From Octopus sinensis (lineage: Eukaryota): a DNA stretch of 39,370 bases. This document shows, piece after piece, positions 12,816 to 23,498 of this stretch. The DNA is taken from contig NW_021835527.1 in the NCBI RefSeq assembly GCF_006345805.1, forward strand, positions 1 to 39,370. Direction: 5' to 3'. How positions within the stretch are numbered: position 1 is the stretch's first letter; every line of letters begins with the position of its first letter. The position numbers were made by a program, and so were the translations under genes. The notes under the pieces were generated by a model. The model did not search any database and had not been told where the DNA came from. It saw nothing but the letters and a program-made list of their open reading frames with translations.

Positions 12816-13331
12816 TCTTCCCAAAAATAACTAAATTGATAGAGAATTACAAGAGAAAATGTTACTGAATTATTATTGTTCAAACGGTTAGCTTTGTCAC
12901 ACATTGTCACGCTAATTCGGATTAAGGATTATTCTAAACTCATGTTTTTGTCAAATACTCAACCACTTCCATTTTGTCGTATGTACGTGTATGTGTGAAT
13001 ATGTGTATGGTTGGATGGATATACTTGTATTTGTGCGTATATGTATGTATATACTGGCGGTTGTTTATTTGTGTATTGTCGTAAGTACATGTGTAAAAAT
13101 AAAAGAAATTGATCTCAGTATAACTGGAAATAGAGGACTAAATTTATGAAGTGACACAAGCATGGAACACTTACATTCAGAACTCTGAGTTTCTCAATTT
13201 ATTCATTATTATTCTTCCGCTGTTGCAAACTTGTTACACTATCAGTGTAACGCAGGCTGTTCTCGGTCTTTTGACCGTTCAAGGGAACGACACTTCTAAA
13301 TACATGCATACATACAGACAGAATAGATGAT

Positions 13332-13364
<33 letters not shown>

Positions 13365-13369
13365 TACCC

Positions 13370-13570
13370 GTCTAGAGTAAAGTATGGCTGAACTTGGGTT
13401 CATGGGGAGAGAAAGCAAATCTTTGACTCATGCATTGCAAATTATCACGCTATCTGGGACCCTATAAATGTCTGCAAGACCTTCTTAAGATTTAAAGGAT
13501 GATGAACAAAACAAGGTGTTTTCCTTCGCAACCTTGCTACCAAGTAGGTGGCTGGTCAAAGTTAACTCTA
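13370..13570. repeat. Unclassified interspersed repeat fragment between microsatellites
   Basis: Non-coding block sharing an exact 19-mer with the ~547-bp element copy at 15255-15273. Confidence 0.35.
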
Positions 13571-13685
13571 AATTAAAAAGAGAAAGAGAACACACATACA
13601 TACATACATACATACATACATACATACATACATACATACAACAAGCACATACATACATACATACATACATACATACATACATACA

Positions 13686-13716
<31 letters not shown>

Positions 13717-13744
13717 CATACATACATACATACACTTATCTGTA

Positions 13745-14950
13745 TTAACCAAATTCTTTCTCCGACACCACAACCGCACCGATCTCTCAGGCACCATTTC
13801 TATCAGCCTTCAAGAAAGATAAGAACTTCGGCAGCCTCCTAGTTAGTTCTATAGAGCCCAGCTATACAAAACTAGGCACTGTAAAATGCGTTTGCCGACG
13901 ATGCAACATTTGACACAGTGTTTCATTTTCCAAATCTTCTGCTACACGCTGCACAACTTTCAACCTAATATATTGTAGCAACTGTGAAATTTGCGGTGCG
14001 CTTTACGTTGGAAACTTGCCTCTGCACATTCGAAGCATATTGTTGCTATAACAGGTCAACCTGTCTACACTCACTTCAACACATTCCACAAACCATTTAT
14101 AGGGTGTTCGGGTTAAATTTGCTAGCTTGCATAAAAGGTAAAGAAAATACAGTATCCCACCCAAAAATAAAAGTATTTTAAAGAATCAAAATTTATCAAC
14201 TAGATTAAAGCTGGGAGATGATAGTTTACTCAAAGTAGCCGCCCCCAGCGTTTACCATAGCCTCAAGACGGCTCCGAAACTGGGTGCATGCGTTTCTCAC
14301 TGTCTGTGGGCAGATCTTCAAACACCTACTTGATCTTAGCCACCAACTTAGTCTTTGTGTTGCAGGCAGAGAGGTTGGTGTCTTTCTCAAATGTCACACA
14401 GAGTAATCCATAGGATTACAATTGGATGGATTAGGAGGTTAGAAATTGGAGCTGGTGAGCTCTGAATTAGGCCTAAGAACTTGCCCTGGAGCTGTTGGAC
14501 GAATTACAGCATGCAAACGCAATCAGAACGCCTGTTGTGTCCCTTCCTGCTGGCCACGGTTTCAGTCTCCGTTGCAGCTACCCATGACATGTCTTACAAC
14601 CTTTACAGCGTTCCCTGAGCATTAAGCAACAGTCATGATACCGAAATAATGATAATAATAACTCTTTCAATTTTCAGACGGCTTCCTGTGCCCCATGTCA
14701 GCTAACGCTTTCGCAACTACAACTTTAATCTCTATGCTCTCCCACGCCGTTGATTGTTCATCAATACATCATAATGTTCCTGAAAAAAATCAGACATAAG
14801 AAATCATCAAATTTAACCCGAACACTCTGTATCTATGACTACCATCTCTACATATCATGGATCTGCACACTCACGGAAACGGAAAGAACAGCATTCCATA
14901 TTCAAACTCGGAACCATGGTGTCAACTGGTTTAAACGAACGCTTTACCTT
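13745..14950 (+). mobile_element. Penelope-like element GIY-YIG region, split by a DNA transposon
   Basis: SAFKKDKNFGSLLVSS..GTVKCVCRRC..CTTFNLIYCSNCEICGALYVG..QPVYTHFN before 14098; SRKRKEQHSIFKLGTMVSTGLNERF after 14831. Confidence 0.85.
14100..14829 (-). mobile_element. Internally deleted Tc1/mariner (maT/DD37D-like) transposon, 730 bp
   Basis: TIRs (T)AGGGTGTTCGGGTTAAATTTG / CAAATTTAACCCGAACACTCTG, TA on both sides. C-terminus TVRNACTQFRSRLEAMVNAGGGYFE*. Confidence 0.9.
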
Positions 14951-15053
14951 CTGCATCTTTCGAACTTTAGATCAGTAGACTTATTCTTATTCTTCAGCTC
15001 TTTGTCCTCCACCTCACTTTCGCCCTTTTCTTTCGCTCTTTTCATGCCTTTTC

Positions 15054-15242
15054 TCAACTAGATTACGGCTGGGAGATGACAGTTTACTCAAAGTAGCCGC
15101 CTTCAGCTTTCACCATGATCTCAAGACAGCTCCGAAACTGGGCGTATGTGTTTCTCACTGTGCCCGTGGGTAGATCTTCAAACACTTCTTTGATCTAGGC
15201 CACCAGCTCGGCCTTCGTGTTGAAGGCAGAGTGGTTGATGTC
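15054..15242 (-). mobile_element. Second fragment of the same maT-like family (transposase C-terminus)
   Basis: Diverged homologue of 14196-14382 (GCTGGGAGATGA.AGTTTACTCAAAGTAGCCGCC...). Confidence 0.88.
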
Positions 15243-15243
15243 C

Positions 15244-15540
15244 AAGGTTTGCTTAAGGATGATGAACAAAACACCCATGTTTCTAGAGGTGAATTATTCA
15301 AACCCCAAATAAATTCCTCTCAACACATGGCTATGATGCTCTCCCACTACTTCTACTCATGATCAGAGATGCACATATCGTCAGCTATGGGACATACTCA
15401 ACTTGTTATGGCCAAACAACTGACAAGCTGATCTCTGGTATTGAGCAGAATACTTGCTGTAGCCCAAGACAAAACATGCCCATGATAGCACTTCTAATCA
15501 GTTAAGCCATGAGAGCTACTGCCTGGTACTGCACCAGGAC
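15244..15540 (-). mobile_element. 5' half copy of the ~547-bp TAA-associated element
   Basis: Colinear with 18242-18557; adjoins a (GTT)/(TTA) tract. Confidence 0.88.
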
Positions 15541-15604
15541 AATTATTGCTGTTGTTGTTGTTGTTATTATTATTATTATTTTATTATTATTATTATTATT
15601 ATTA

Positions 15605-15638
<34 letters not shown>

Positions 15639-15643
15639 TATTA

Positions 15644-17565
15644 TTCTATGTTTGATTTTTGCTTTATGTTTTGTACAAGTTGGCTCCAAGTCTCACCCAG
15701 AAACCTCAAGAGACAACAGGTTGGAATTCACGTTGTTGTTATGCCTAGTGTGCCATATTTTGGGAGGGGTTTTGGTGTTGTACTAGTGAATGTCTAATAA
15801 ATAATTTTTTTTTAATTGTTTGTTTTAAGCCTTGAGATACATAGAGAGTATTTTGCGTAGGATATAAGCAGTTCCCATGAGCACTATCTTTTGAATTTCT
15901 GCCATTTTGGGGTTTCCTGGTATCTGATTTAGGTAGCAATCAGCCCCTTTCGCTATCATTCCCAGGACACCTATGACAACAGGTATTGTTTTAGTCTTCA
16001 GGTTCCACATTTTGCTGATTCTATTTCAAGATATTTATATTTGCTCAGTTTTTGGTAGATCTTGACAGATACGTTTTATCTCGATTAGGACAGTCATATC
16101 AATGAGGAGGATGTTCTTTGTCTGAAGTCTTTCAATATGATGTTTGGCCTATTTGCAATCTATCTTTCTGTCAGTTTGAATGGTGAAGTTCCAGAGGAGT
16201 GAGTTGTGGTCATTTTCAAGCATTGGAGGTGGTTTGTGTTCCCACCAGTTTTTTTCATGGGGCAAATACATGTTTTTGCAAATTACCCAGTGAATATATT
16301 GTGCAGCTCTATCATGCCTGTTGAGATACTCTGTAGGCTCTAGAAGACTGCACTTGGAGACATGATCAATGGTTTCATTTTATTGTCGACATACACATGT
16401 TGGGCTACTGCCGTTCTTTAATATGTTGGCCTGGTAGTTTCTTGTTGGTAGGCATTGATCTTGAGCTGCTATGATAAACTCTTCTGTTTCAGATTTTAAG
16501 CCAGAGACCATTAGCCATTGATGGGTCAGGGCTTTGTCAATATCTTCATTATTCGCTCTCTTTGGGTATTTGCCATAGAGAGGTTTTTCTTGCCATTTAT
16601 AATTCAGAATATCTAAGGCCGCAGTTTTAGCACGGGTTTTCATGCGCTTAGCTTTTTCTGTGCTTGTTTCTTGTATGTCTATCTCTAATTCCGAATTTGT
16701 GTATTCGGAATTCACTTAGATATTCCTTTGCCTGTTTGTTACTGAGTATGATGCTTTCTTGTTTTCATGTTTTGAGACAAGTTTTAACATCCAGTCCTCA
16801 GACTTTTTCAGGTAGGTGTCTAGGCCAATTGTAGCAATCTTCATTGTTATTGCCAGTTGTAAAGAGACCACGGCCTCCCTCTTTTCTTGGCAGATAAAGT
16901 CGTTCTGTATCTGCCTTAGGGTGGTGCATATATGCATTGTCAACAGTTTTTTCGTATTTTTCTGTCAAGCTGACATATTTCAGTAATTGACCAGTTAACG
17001 ATATTGAAACTGTAAGTCACGACTGGTATGGCTAATGCATTGATCGCTTCGATCCTGTTTTCTGCATCAGCTCTGTCTTGAGTATGCTCTCAGTCTTCGA
17101 TAACATTCTCTCCTGATCCTTCCTTCATCTCTGAATGCCTTATTCCATCCCCTTCAATTACCCCTAGGTACTTGTAGCTCTCCGCTGGGTCTAATTTTTT
17201 TAAGACATTCTGCTGGTCAAGGTTAACGTTAGATGTTTCTGTCATTTTTCCTTTGATAAAGGTAGCTTTTGCACATTTATCGAGGTCAAATTGCATTCTG
17301 ATGTCGTCACTGAATTGTTTGACAATCGCTAGTAAGCCCTTGAGTTGTTGGTCATTTTTTGCAAAAAGCTTTAAATCATCCATGTAAATGAGATGATTTA
17401 TATTTTTATCAAACATTTTATATCCGTACTGCGTGTCATTGAGCAGTTTTGAGAGAGGTATTACGGCTAAACAAAAGAGGAGTGGTGATAGTGAGTCACC
17501 TGGAAAATGCCACATGAAATTTTTACATCACCCGCATTTAGAGATTCATTGTCACTGTTCAAAGT
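15644..17565 (-). mobile_element. R4/Dong-clade non-LTR retrotransposon, 5'-truncated (RT, CCHC knuckle, RLE endonuclease, 3' UTR)
   Basis: GDSLSPLLF, HLIYMDDLKLF, YKYLG, LKSETEEFIIAAQDQCLPTRNY, CxxC..H..C..RHD, RPNI..IDM, KYKYL, IPVVIGVLG. (TTA)n tracts on both sides. Confidence 0.95.
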
Positions 17566-17591
17566 TATTATTATTATTATTATTATTATTA

Positions 17592-17627
<36 letters not shown>

Positions 17628-17650
17628 TAATCATTATTATCATTATATTA

Positions 17651-17700
<50 letters not shown>

Positions 17701-17701
<1 letters not shown>

Positions 17702-17910
17702 GGCGTCGAGCAAGCAAAATTCTTATCATGCCGGACAAAATGTTTAGTGACATTTCCTCGCTTACGTTCTGTGTTCAAATTCTGCTGAAGTCGACTTTGC
17801 CTTTCATCTTTTCGGGATCAATAAATTAAGTACCAGTGAAAATTTGGGGTCGATGTAATCGACTAATCCCCTTCCAAAGAATTTCAGGCCTTGTGCTTTT
17901 AGTAGAAGAG
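17701..17910 (+). mobile_element. SINE family B, full length with (ATT)n tail
   Basis: GGCGTCGAGCAAGCAAAA head, GTTCAAATTC B box, GTCGACTTTGCCTTTCATC core, TTTCAGGCCTTGTGC then ATT repeats. Confidence 0.9.
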
Positions 17911-17941
17911 ATTATTACAATTATTATTATTATTATTATTA

Positions 17942-17996
<55 letters not shown>

Positions 17997-18010
17997 CATA
18001 TTATTATTAT

Positions 18011-18557
18011 TGAGTGAACGAGCAGAGCATGCCATCAAAGTGACACTGGGGTAAAATATACGAAGCCCAGTATACCCATCATGACTACCGTCTGAAAGGG
18101 TACATCAGGCACATGCATCAAACCATATGTGCGCGACATGGTGATCTCATATCAAGATAAACAGCACATGACTTGCAGGTGGAGCCCAGTTAGAATTTTC
18201 TACAGATCGAGTAATCCATCCCGCTCAAAAGGTCCCTGAATAAGGGTTGTTTAAGGACGTTGAACGAAACACCATGTTTCCAGAGGTGAATTATTCAAAC
18301 CCCAAAGAATCCTCTCAACACATGGCTATGATGCTCCCCCACTACTTCTGCTCGTGATCAGAGATGCACATATCGTCAGCCACTAAGGGACATGCTCAAC
18401 TGGTTAAGGTCAAACAACTGACAAGCAAATCTGTGGTATGAGCAGAATATTTGCTGTAGCCCATCTTTTATACCAAGACAAAACAATGTACATGATAACA
18501 CTTCCAATCAGTTAAGATCAGAGCCATGAGAGCCACTGCCTGGTACTGCATCAGGGC
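18011..18557 (-). mobile_element. ~547-bp non-autonomous retroposon inserted in (TAA)n; candidate 5S rRNA-derived SINE
   Basis: No ORF; (TTA)n on both sides; a second partial copy at 15244-15540 and two end stubs at 19098 and 19218. The 5S origin is a by-eye inference. Confidence 0.8.
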
Positions 18558-18593
18558 ATTATTATTATTATTATTATTATTATTATGATTATA

Positions 18594-18635
<42 letters not shown>

Positions 18636-18648
18636 CATTATTATATGC

Positions 18649-18764
18649 TACGTTCTGAGTTCAAATTCTGCTGAGGTCGACTTTGTCTTTCATCCTTTCG
18701 GGGTCGATGTAATCGACTTACCTCCTCCCCCAAAATTTCAGGCCCCGTGCCTACAGTAGAAAGG
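18649..18764 (+). mobile_element. SINE family B, 5'-truncated with internal deletion
   Basis: Starts at the B box; the two GGGGTCGAT repeats are collapsed into one; (ATT)n tail. Confidence 0.88.
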
Positions 18765-18804
18765 ATTATTATCATCATTATTATTGTTGTTGTTGTTATA
18801 TACA

Positions 18805-18961
18805 ACGTCCTGAGTTCAAATTCCGCCGAGGTCGACTTTGTCTTTCGTCCTTTCGTGGTCGTTAAATTAGCTACCAGTTAGGTACCAGTCAAGTACTGTG
18901 GTCGATGTGATCGATTTACCCCTCCCCCAAACTTTCAGGCCTTGTGCCTTTAGGAGAAAGG
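18805..18961 (+). mobile_element. SINE family B, 5'-truncated
   Basis: GAGTTCAAATTCCGCCGAGGTCGACTTTG...TTTCAGGCCTTGTGCC followed by (ATT)n. Confidence 0.9.
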
Positions 18962-19017
18962 ATTATTATTATCATTATTATTATATTATTATTATATTTT
19001 ATTATTAATTGATTATT

Positions 19018-19050
<33 letters not shown>

Positions 19051-19097
19051 TATTATTATTATAGATTATTATTATTATATTATTATTATTTTATTAT

Positions 19098-19166
19098 TGA
19101 GAGAGCAATGCATGCCATCAAAGTGACACTGGGGTAAAAAATACGATTATTATTATATTATTATTA

Positions 19167-19204
<38 letters not shown>

Positions 19205-19265
19205 TTATTTTTATTATTGAGAGAGCAATGCATGCCATCAAAGTGACACTGGGGTAAAATATACG

Positions 19266-19266
<1 letters not shown>
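19098..19266 (-). mobile_element. Two tandem ~49-nt stubs (19098-19146, 19218-19266) of the ~547-bp element's 3' end
   Basis: TGAGAGAGCAATGCATGCCATCAAAGTGACACTGGGGTAAAA.ATACGA twice; matches 18011-18063. Confidence 0.9.
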
Positions 19267-19324
<58 letters not shown>

Positions 19325-19378
19325 CATCATCATCATCATTCATCATCATCATTATTACTATTATTAACAATAGACTGA

Positions 19379-19596
19379 GCAGCGATTAGAGCGAATCGTT
19401 GGCGCGTCGGACAAAATACTTAGCTTTATTTCTTCTGGCTTTTTGTGTTCTAAGTTCATACTCAATCGAGGTCGACATTGCCTCTCATCCTTTCGTGATC
19501 GATAAAAAAAGTCCAGCTGAATTCCGGGGTCAATGACCACTGGGATCAACGTAATTGACTTCTCTACTCCCCTAAAACTAATATTCTTGCGCCAAA
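19379..19596 (+). mobile_element. SINE family B, diverged
   Basis: GAATCGTTGGCGCGTCGGACAAAA...GAGGTCGACATTGCCTCTCATCCTTTCG. Confidence 0.8.
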
Positions 19597-19944
19597 ACAT
19601 ATACACATGCGCACATATGTGTGCGTGAGTTTAAGTGTGTGTGTGTGCGCCGCTGTGTGTTTGTGTTTGTGTGTATGTGCGTGCGTGCGTGCGTGCGTGC
19701 GCACCTGTATGTGTATGTTTGTGTCGGGTGTGTACTTAATATGTAGCTGTTCTCAGGTATTGAGTTCTTTATTTTGTTAATGTTCTTTGTTTTAATCCAA
19801 TAAAAACATTCCTATTTAACTATATAATATGCGTCAGTATATAAATAAATAAGTACAATACGTGTGTGTGTGTAAATTATATATATATATATACACATAT
19901 ATACATATATATTATATATATATATACACATATATACATATATA

Positions 19945-19992
<48 letters not shown>

Positions 19993-20234
19993 TATATTAT
20001 AGATATATATGTATGTATATACAGGATATGTGCATGTATATATATATATTTATTTATTTATATATACACACACACATTGTGTGTATACAAATATACATAC
20101 ATACTACAAAAATGTTATGTTGCGTTAGGCTGCCTTATTAGGCTGTGATTGTTGTGATGTGTTTATAGCGATGATCATCACAAACTGATTTTTAAACCTT
20201 ATATAGTTTATATATATAATGTATATATATATTA

Positions 20235-20343
<109 letters not shown>

Positions 20344-20655
20344 TCTCCCTAATATTGTTTGTTTTGTTTCCATGTGTTTGTTTTATGATTCGTGTTGTTA
20401 GTTATTTTTGTCTTCTTTTCTTTGGGTTTTGGTGTTTTTTTTTGTTTGTTTGTTTGTTTGCTTTGGGAGTTTTGGGTTGTTTTTTTTTCTTTTTTATTTC
20501 CTGTTATCACTGTTCATTGCAGTACATAGTAATATACCAGTTGAAACCAGTCAACCGATACGAACGTGATAAGTATCTGGCGGCGCATTATACTAACCTG
20601 TAAAAGAAAACTTGCACCACACACACACACACTATTTTTATTGTTGTTGTTGTTG

Positions 20656-20722
<67 letters not shown>

Positions 20723-21016
20723 CATTATTATTATCCAATACATTTATGTTTCTCTTCTACGCAGTCTCCCTGCAGTGGTGCAGTAGCAACAGGTGATTTG
20801 GTGTTAGTGATGCTGGAGTTGGTAGGAGATGAGAAGAAAACGAACAAGAAGACGGGAGGAGGAGGAAGAGGAGGCGGCTTGTATGACACATTACTCTATT
20901 TCCATGATGGTCCCTGTCCGGCAGAGACACTTTTAATCTGTTTATCTGTTTGTTATTGTGTTTAGAAAATTTAACATCCCACGCAGGACAGTGTATACAT
21001 AATTGTAATATGTATA

Positions 21017-21092
<76 letters not shown>

Positions 21093-21444
21093 TATATATA
21101 TATATACATGTATGTGTGTGTTTGTGTATGACAAATGTTGATATATAAATATGTATGTATTAGTGTAATGTAATATGCATGTGCTTCTGGTTTTAGCATT
21201 AACATTTCTCACTTAAAAGAGAAAGATTACGGTTTCCACCCAATGTTTTTCTTTGGAATTTACACAATGTCATCTAGGTTTGAGTGTTTCTATTTTTATT
21301 TTTATTTCCTTTTTTTATTTATTTTTAAGTCTTCCTGTAAGGACGATGTCGGTTCCTAACAAAGATACAAAGCTCCATCAGTGGAATGTAGATAAACAAA
21401 AACAATGTCACATTTTCTGGTCTGTGAGGAAAACGACTTAATCG

Positions 21445-21950
21445 CGGACAACCTACGTTATCCATATCAATATGCCCACAAAATATTCCATCTAGACACA
21501 ATCTGGAGGATCCGATGCAGTTTGTCAGTATCCACATTGACACGTTTCGGAAACTCTAATCGGTACATGTTTGATTGTTAGGAAGGTCTGAGCAGGTTTT
21601 ATGAGGCTTCTGCAACCATCGTGGATCCAGTCTCCTACTAGCACTAAAGAGCGGGACGTTCCCGCAAAAAACTCAAGATTCCTAAAGAAATCTGCCCTGA
21701 CAGTCCCTATAGGAGCGTAGACGGCTACTAGCACGAAGGTATGGCTTTCGCTGTTAGTCACATCCAATACTACGGACTTAGTTTCTGGAGTTTTTCTGGG
21801 GGAGAGTGAGATCCAAACCTCCCGGGAACAACACAGCAATCCCGATCGATTTGGAGATACGTACATCTTGTAGTCGTCGAAGATGGGCGCGAAGTCTTTC
21901 ACCTCGGAAATTCTGAGGTCGTTGAACAGGTACCCTTGCTTCTAATACGA
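21445..21950 (-). mobile_element. L1/Tx1-clade apurinic endonuclease pseudogene fragment
   Basis: VVLDVTNSESHTFVLVAVYAPIG..RADFFRNLEFF..SRSLVLVGDW and later SSRLCLDGIF, the APE motifs VYAP, GDxN and (L)DxI. Confidence 0.85.
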
Positions 21951-21989
21951 TACCAGGCGATACCAATGCGATAACAAACATTTAAGAAA

Positions 21990-22914
21990 CAAGATGAAGA
22001 AGAAAAAGTAAATAATTGGAAATGAGATCGCTGCATGTTCTATACCTCAGAGAAATCGAAAGAAAAGAGAAGACTAGCACTTGGAGATGGCTAAGCCAAA
22101 GTGATCTGAAAGGATACACTGAGGCATTGATATGCAGCGCTCAGGAACAAGCTCTGAGAACTAATTACACACAAGTTCCAAATTGAAAAGAGTAATGAAT
22201 CGCCCCTTTGTAGGATGTGTGGCAGCAGAAACGAAACATTCGTTTCACATATTGTGAGTGTAGCAAACTAGACCAAAAGTACTACAAAAGGAGGCACGAT
22301 AACGTGGCTAAGTTCGTCTATTGGAGGCTATGTGAAAAGTACGGCCTTAACAGAACATGAAAATGGTACGAACATGAACTAGAAGGAGTCACCGAGAACA
22401 AGGAATATAAGATACTGTGGGATTTTACAATCCATTGTGACTCCTTAATCGATGCTCGGAGACCAGATATTGTTGTGGTAGATAAAGGAAAAGAGAAATC
22501 AAGATTATAGATATTGCAATACCTGGGAATGCACACATAAGTAAGAAAGAACTAGAAAAGATTGAAAAATACAGACTACTAAAAGACGAAATTGCAAGAC
22601 TGTGGACTATGAGAAGTGTCTGTCAATCCAGTAGTTGTAGGAACACTCGGAGCACAAACAATCAAGTTCGAGAAATATGTCAGAGAAATTGGAATTGAGT
22701 TGAGAGCAGTGCAAGCCCTAAAAACTGCTCTGCTGGGGATAGCTAGGATTTTGAGATTGATACTTGGATGTTGAATTTCTTCCACGATAATTAACAACCA
22801 AGTATCAAAGTTTATAATGTGCAGAAAGAGACCTTGTGAGAACTCTGACAGCAGGCTGCTGTCTGCTCTCACAAAATCTACCAGAACAAACAAGACCGAG
22901 CGTTCTGAGAAGTA

Positions 22915-22916
<2 letters not shown>
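21990..22916 (+). mobile_element. Second R4/Dong-clade non-LTR element, 3' fragment
   Basis: TEALICSAQEQALRTNY, CRMCG..SHIVSEC..RRHDNVAK, ILWDFTI..RRPDIVVVDK..IDIAIP, EKIEKY, PVVVGTLG. Followed by (CAA)n(TAA)n at 22917-22985. Confidence 0.93.
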
Positions 22917-22966
<50 letters not shown>

Positions 22967-23498
22967 AATAATAATAATAATAATAAATCGAAACCAGCAC
23001 TAGGAAACCTAGAAAAACACCACTTACACAGTAAGTGCGTAATTTGAATAGTTACCTATACATGCAACTGTCCACATAACCTTGTACACATGCTAATATT
23101 TATAAGCAACAGAAATAATGCCTACACGACACACACGTACACACAGAAAATAAAAGAAAAAACACGAGCGACGCCGAACCAAACAAAAACAAAGCGACTT
23201 CCCACAAATAAGTCTAGAAAGGAGCAAATCATTCAGTCAGTTTAAAATATAACTAAACAGTTATGCCGTCGTCATCGGAGTAGTGGTGAATATTGTTATT
23301 CAGCCATTCATACACCCACCCACTCCGATCGACCCTGATCAAGCAGACCTGTTATCAAAGGCACTCTAGCTTTGTGACCTTCCTTTGATTCTAAAAGTGT
23401 ACCTACCTTCATCTAATTTGTCCTTCTTGAAGACGACAGAGACCTCCCTCGTTGGCTTTTGGTGTTGGTGGAGGTGTGGGGAGGGGGAGGGGTAACTG

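Noticed and set aside
18235-18282. Hammerhead-like CTGAATA...stem...GAAACACCATGTT on plus
   Set aside because: The core is CUGAAUA rather than CUGANGA, there is no stem I, an extra spacer is present, and it is antisense to the element.
18440-18557. Bona fide 5S rRNA or U2 snRNA gene
   Set aside because: Similarity is patchy, with no terminal helix I or poly-T terminator; it is part of a multi-copy element.
17566-19370. CRISPR-like repeat/spacer alternation
   Set aside because: The repeats are variable-length (TTA)n, the spacers are retroposons, there are no cas genes, and the context is eukaryotic.
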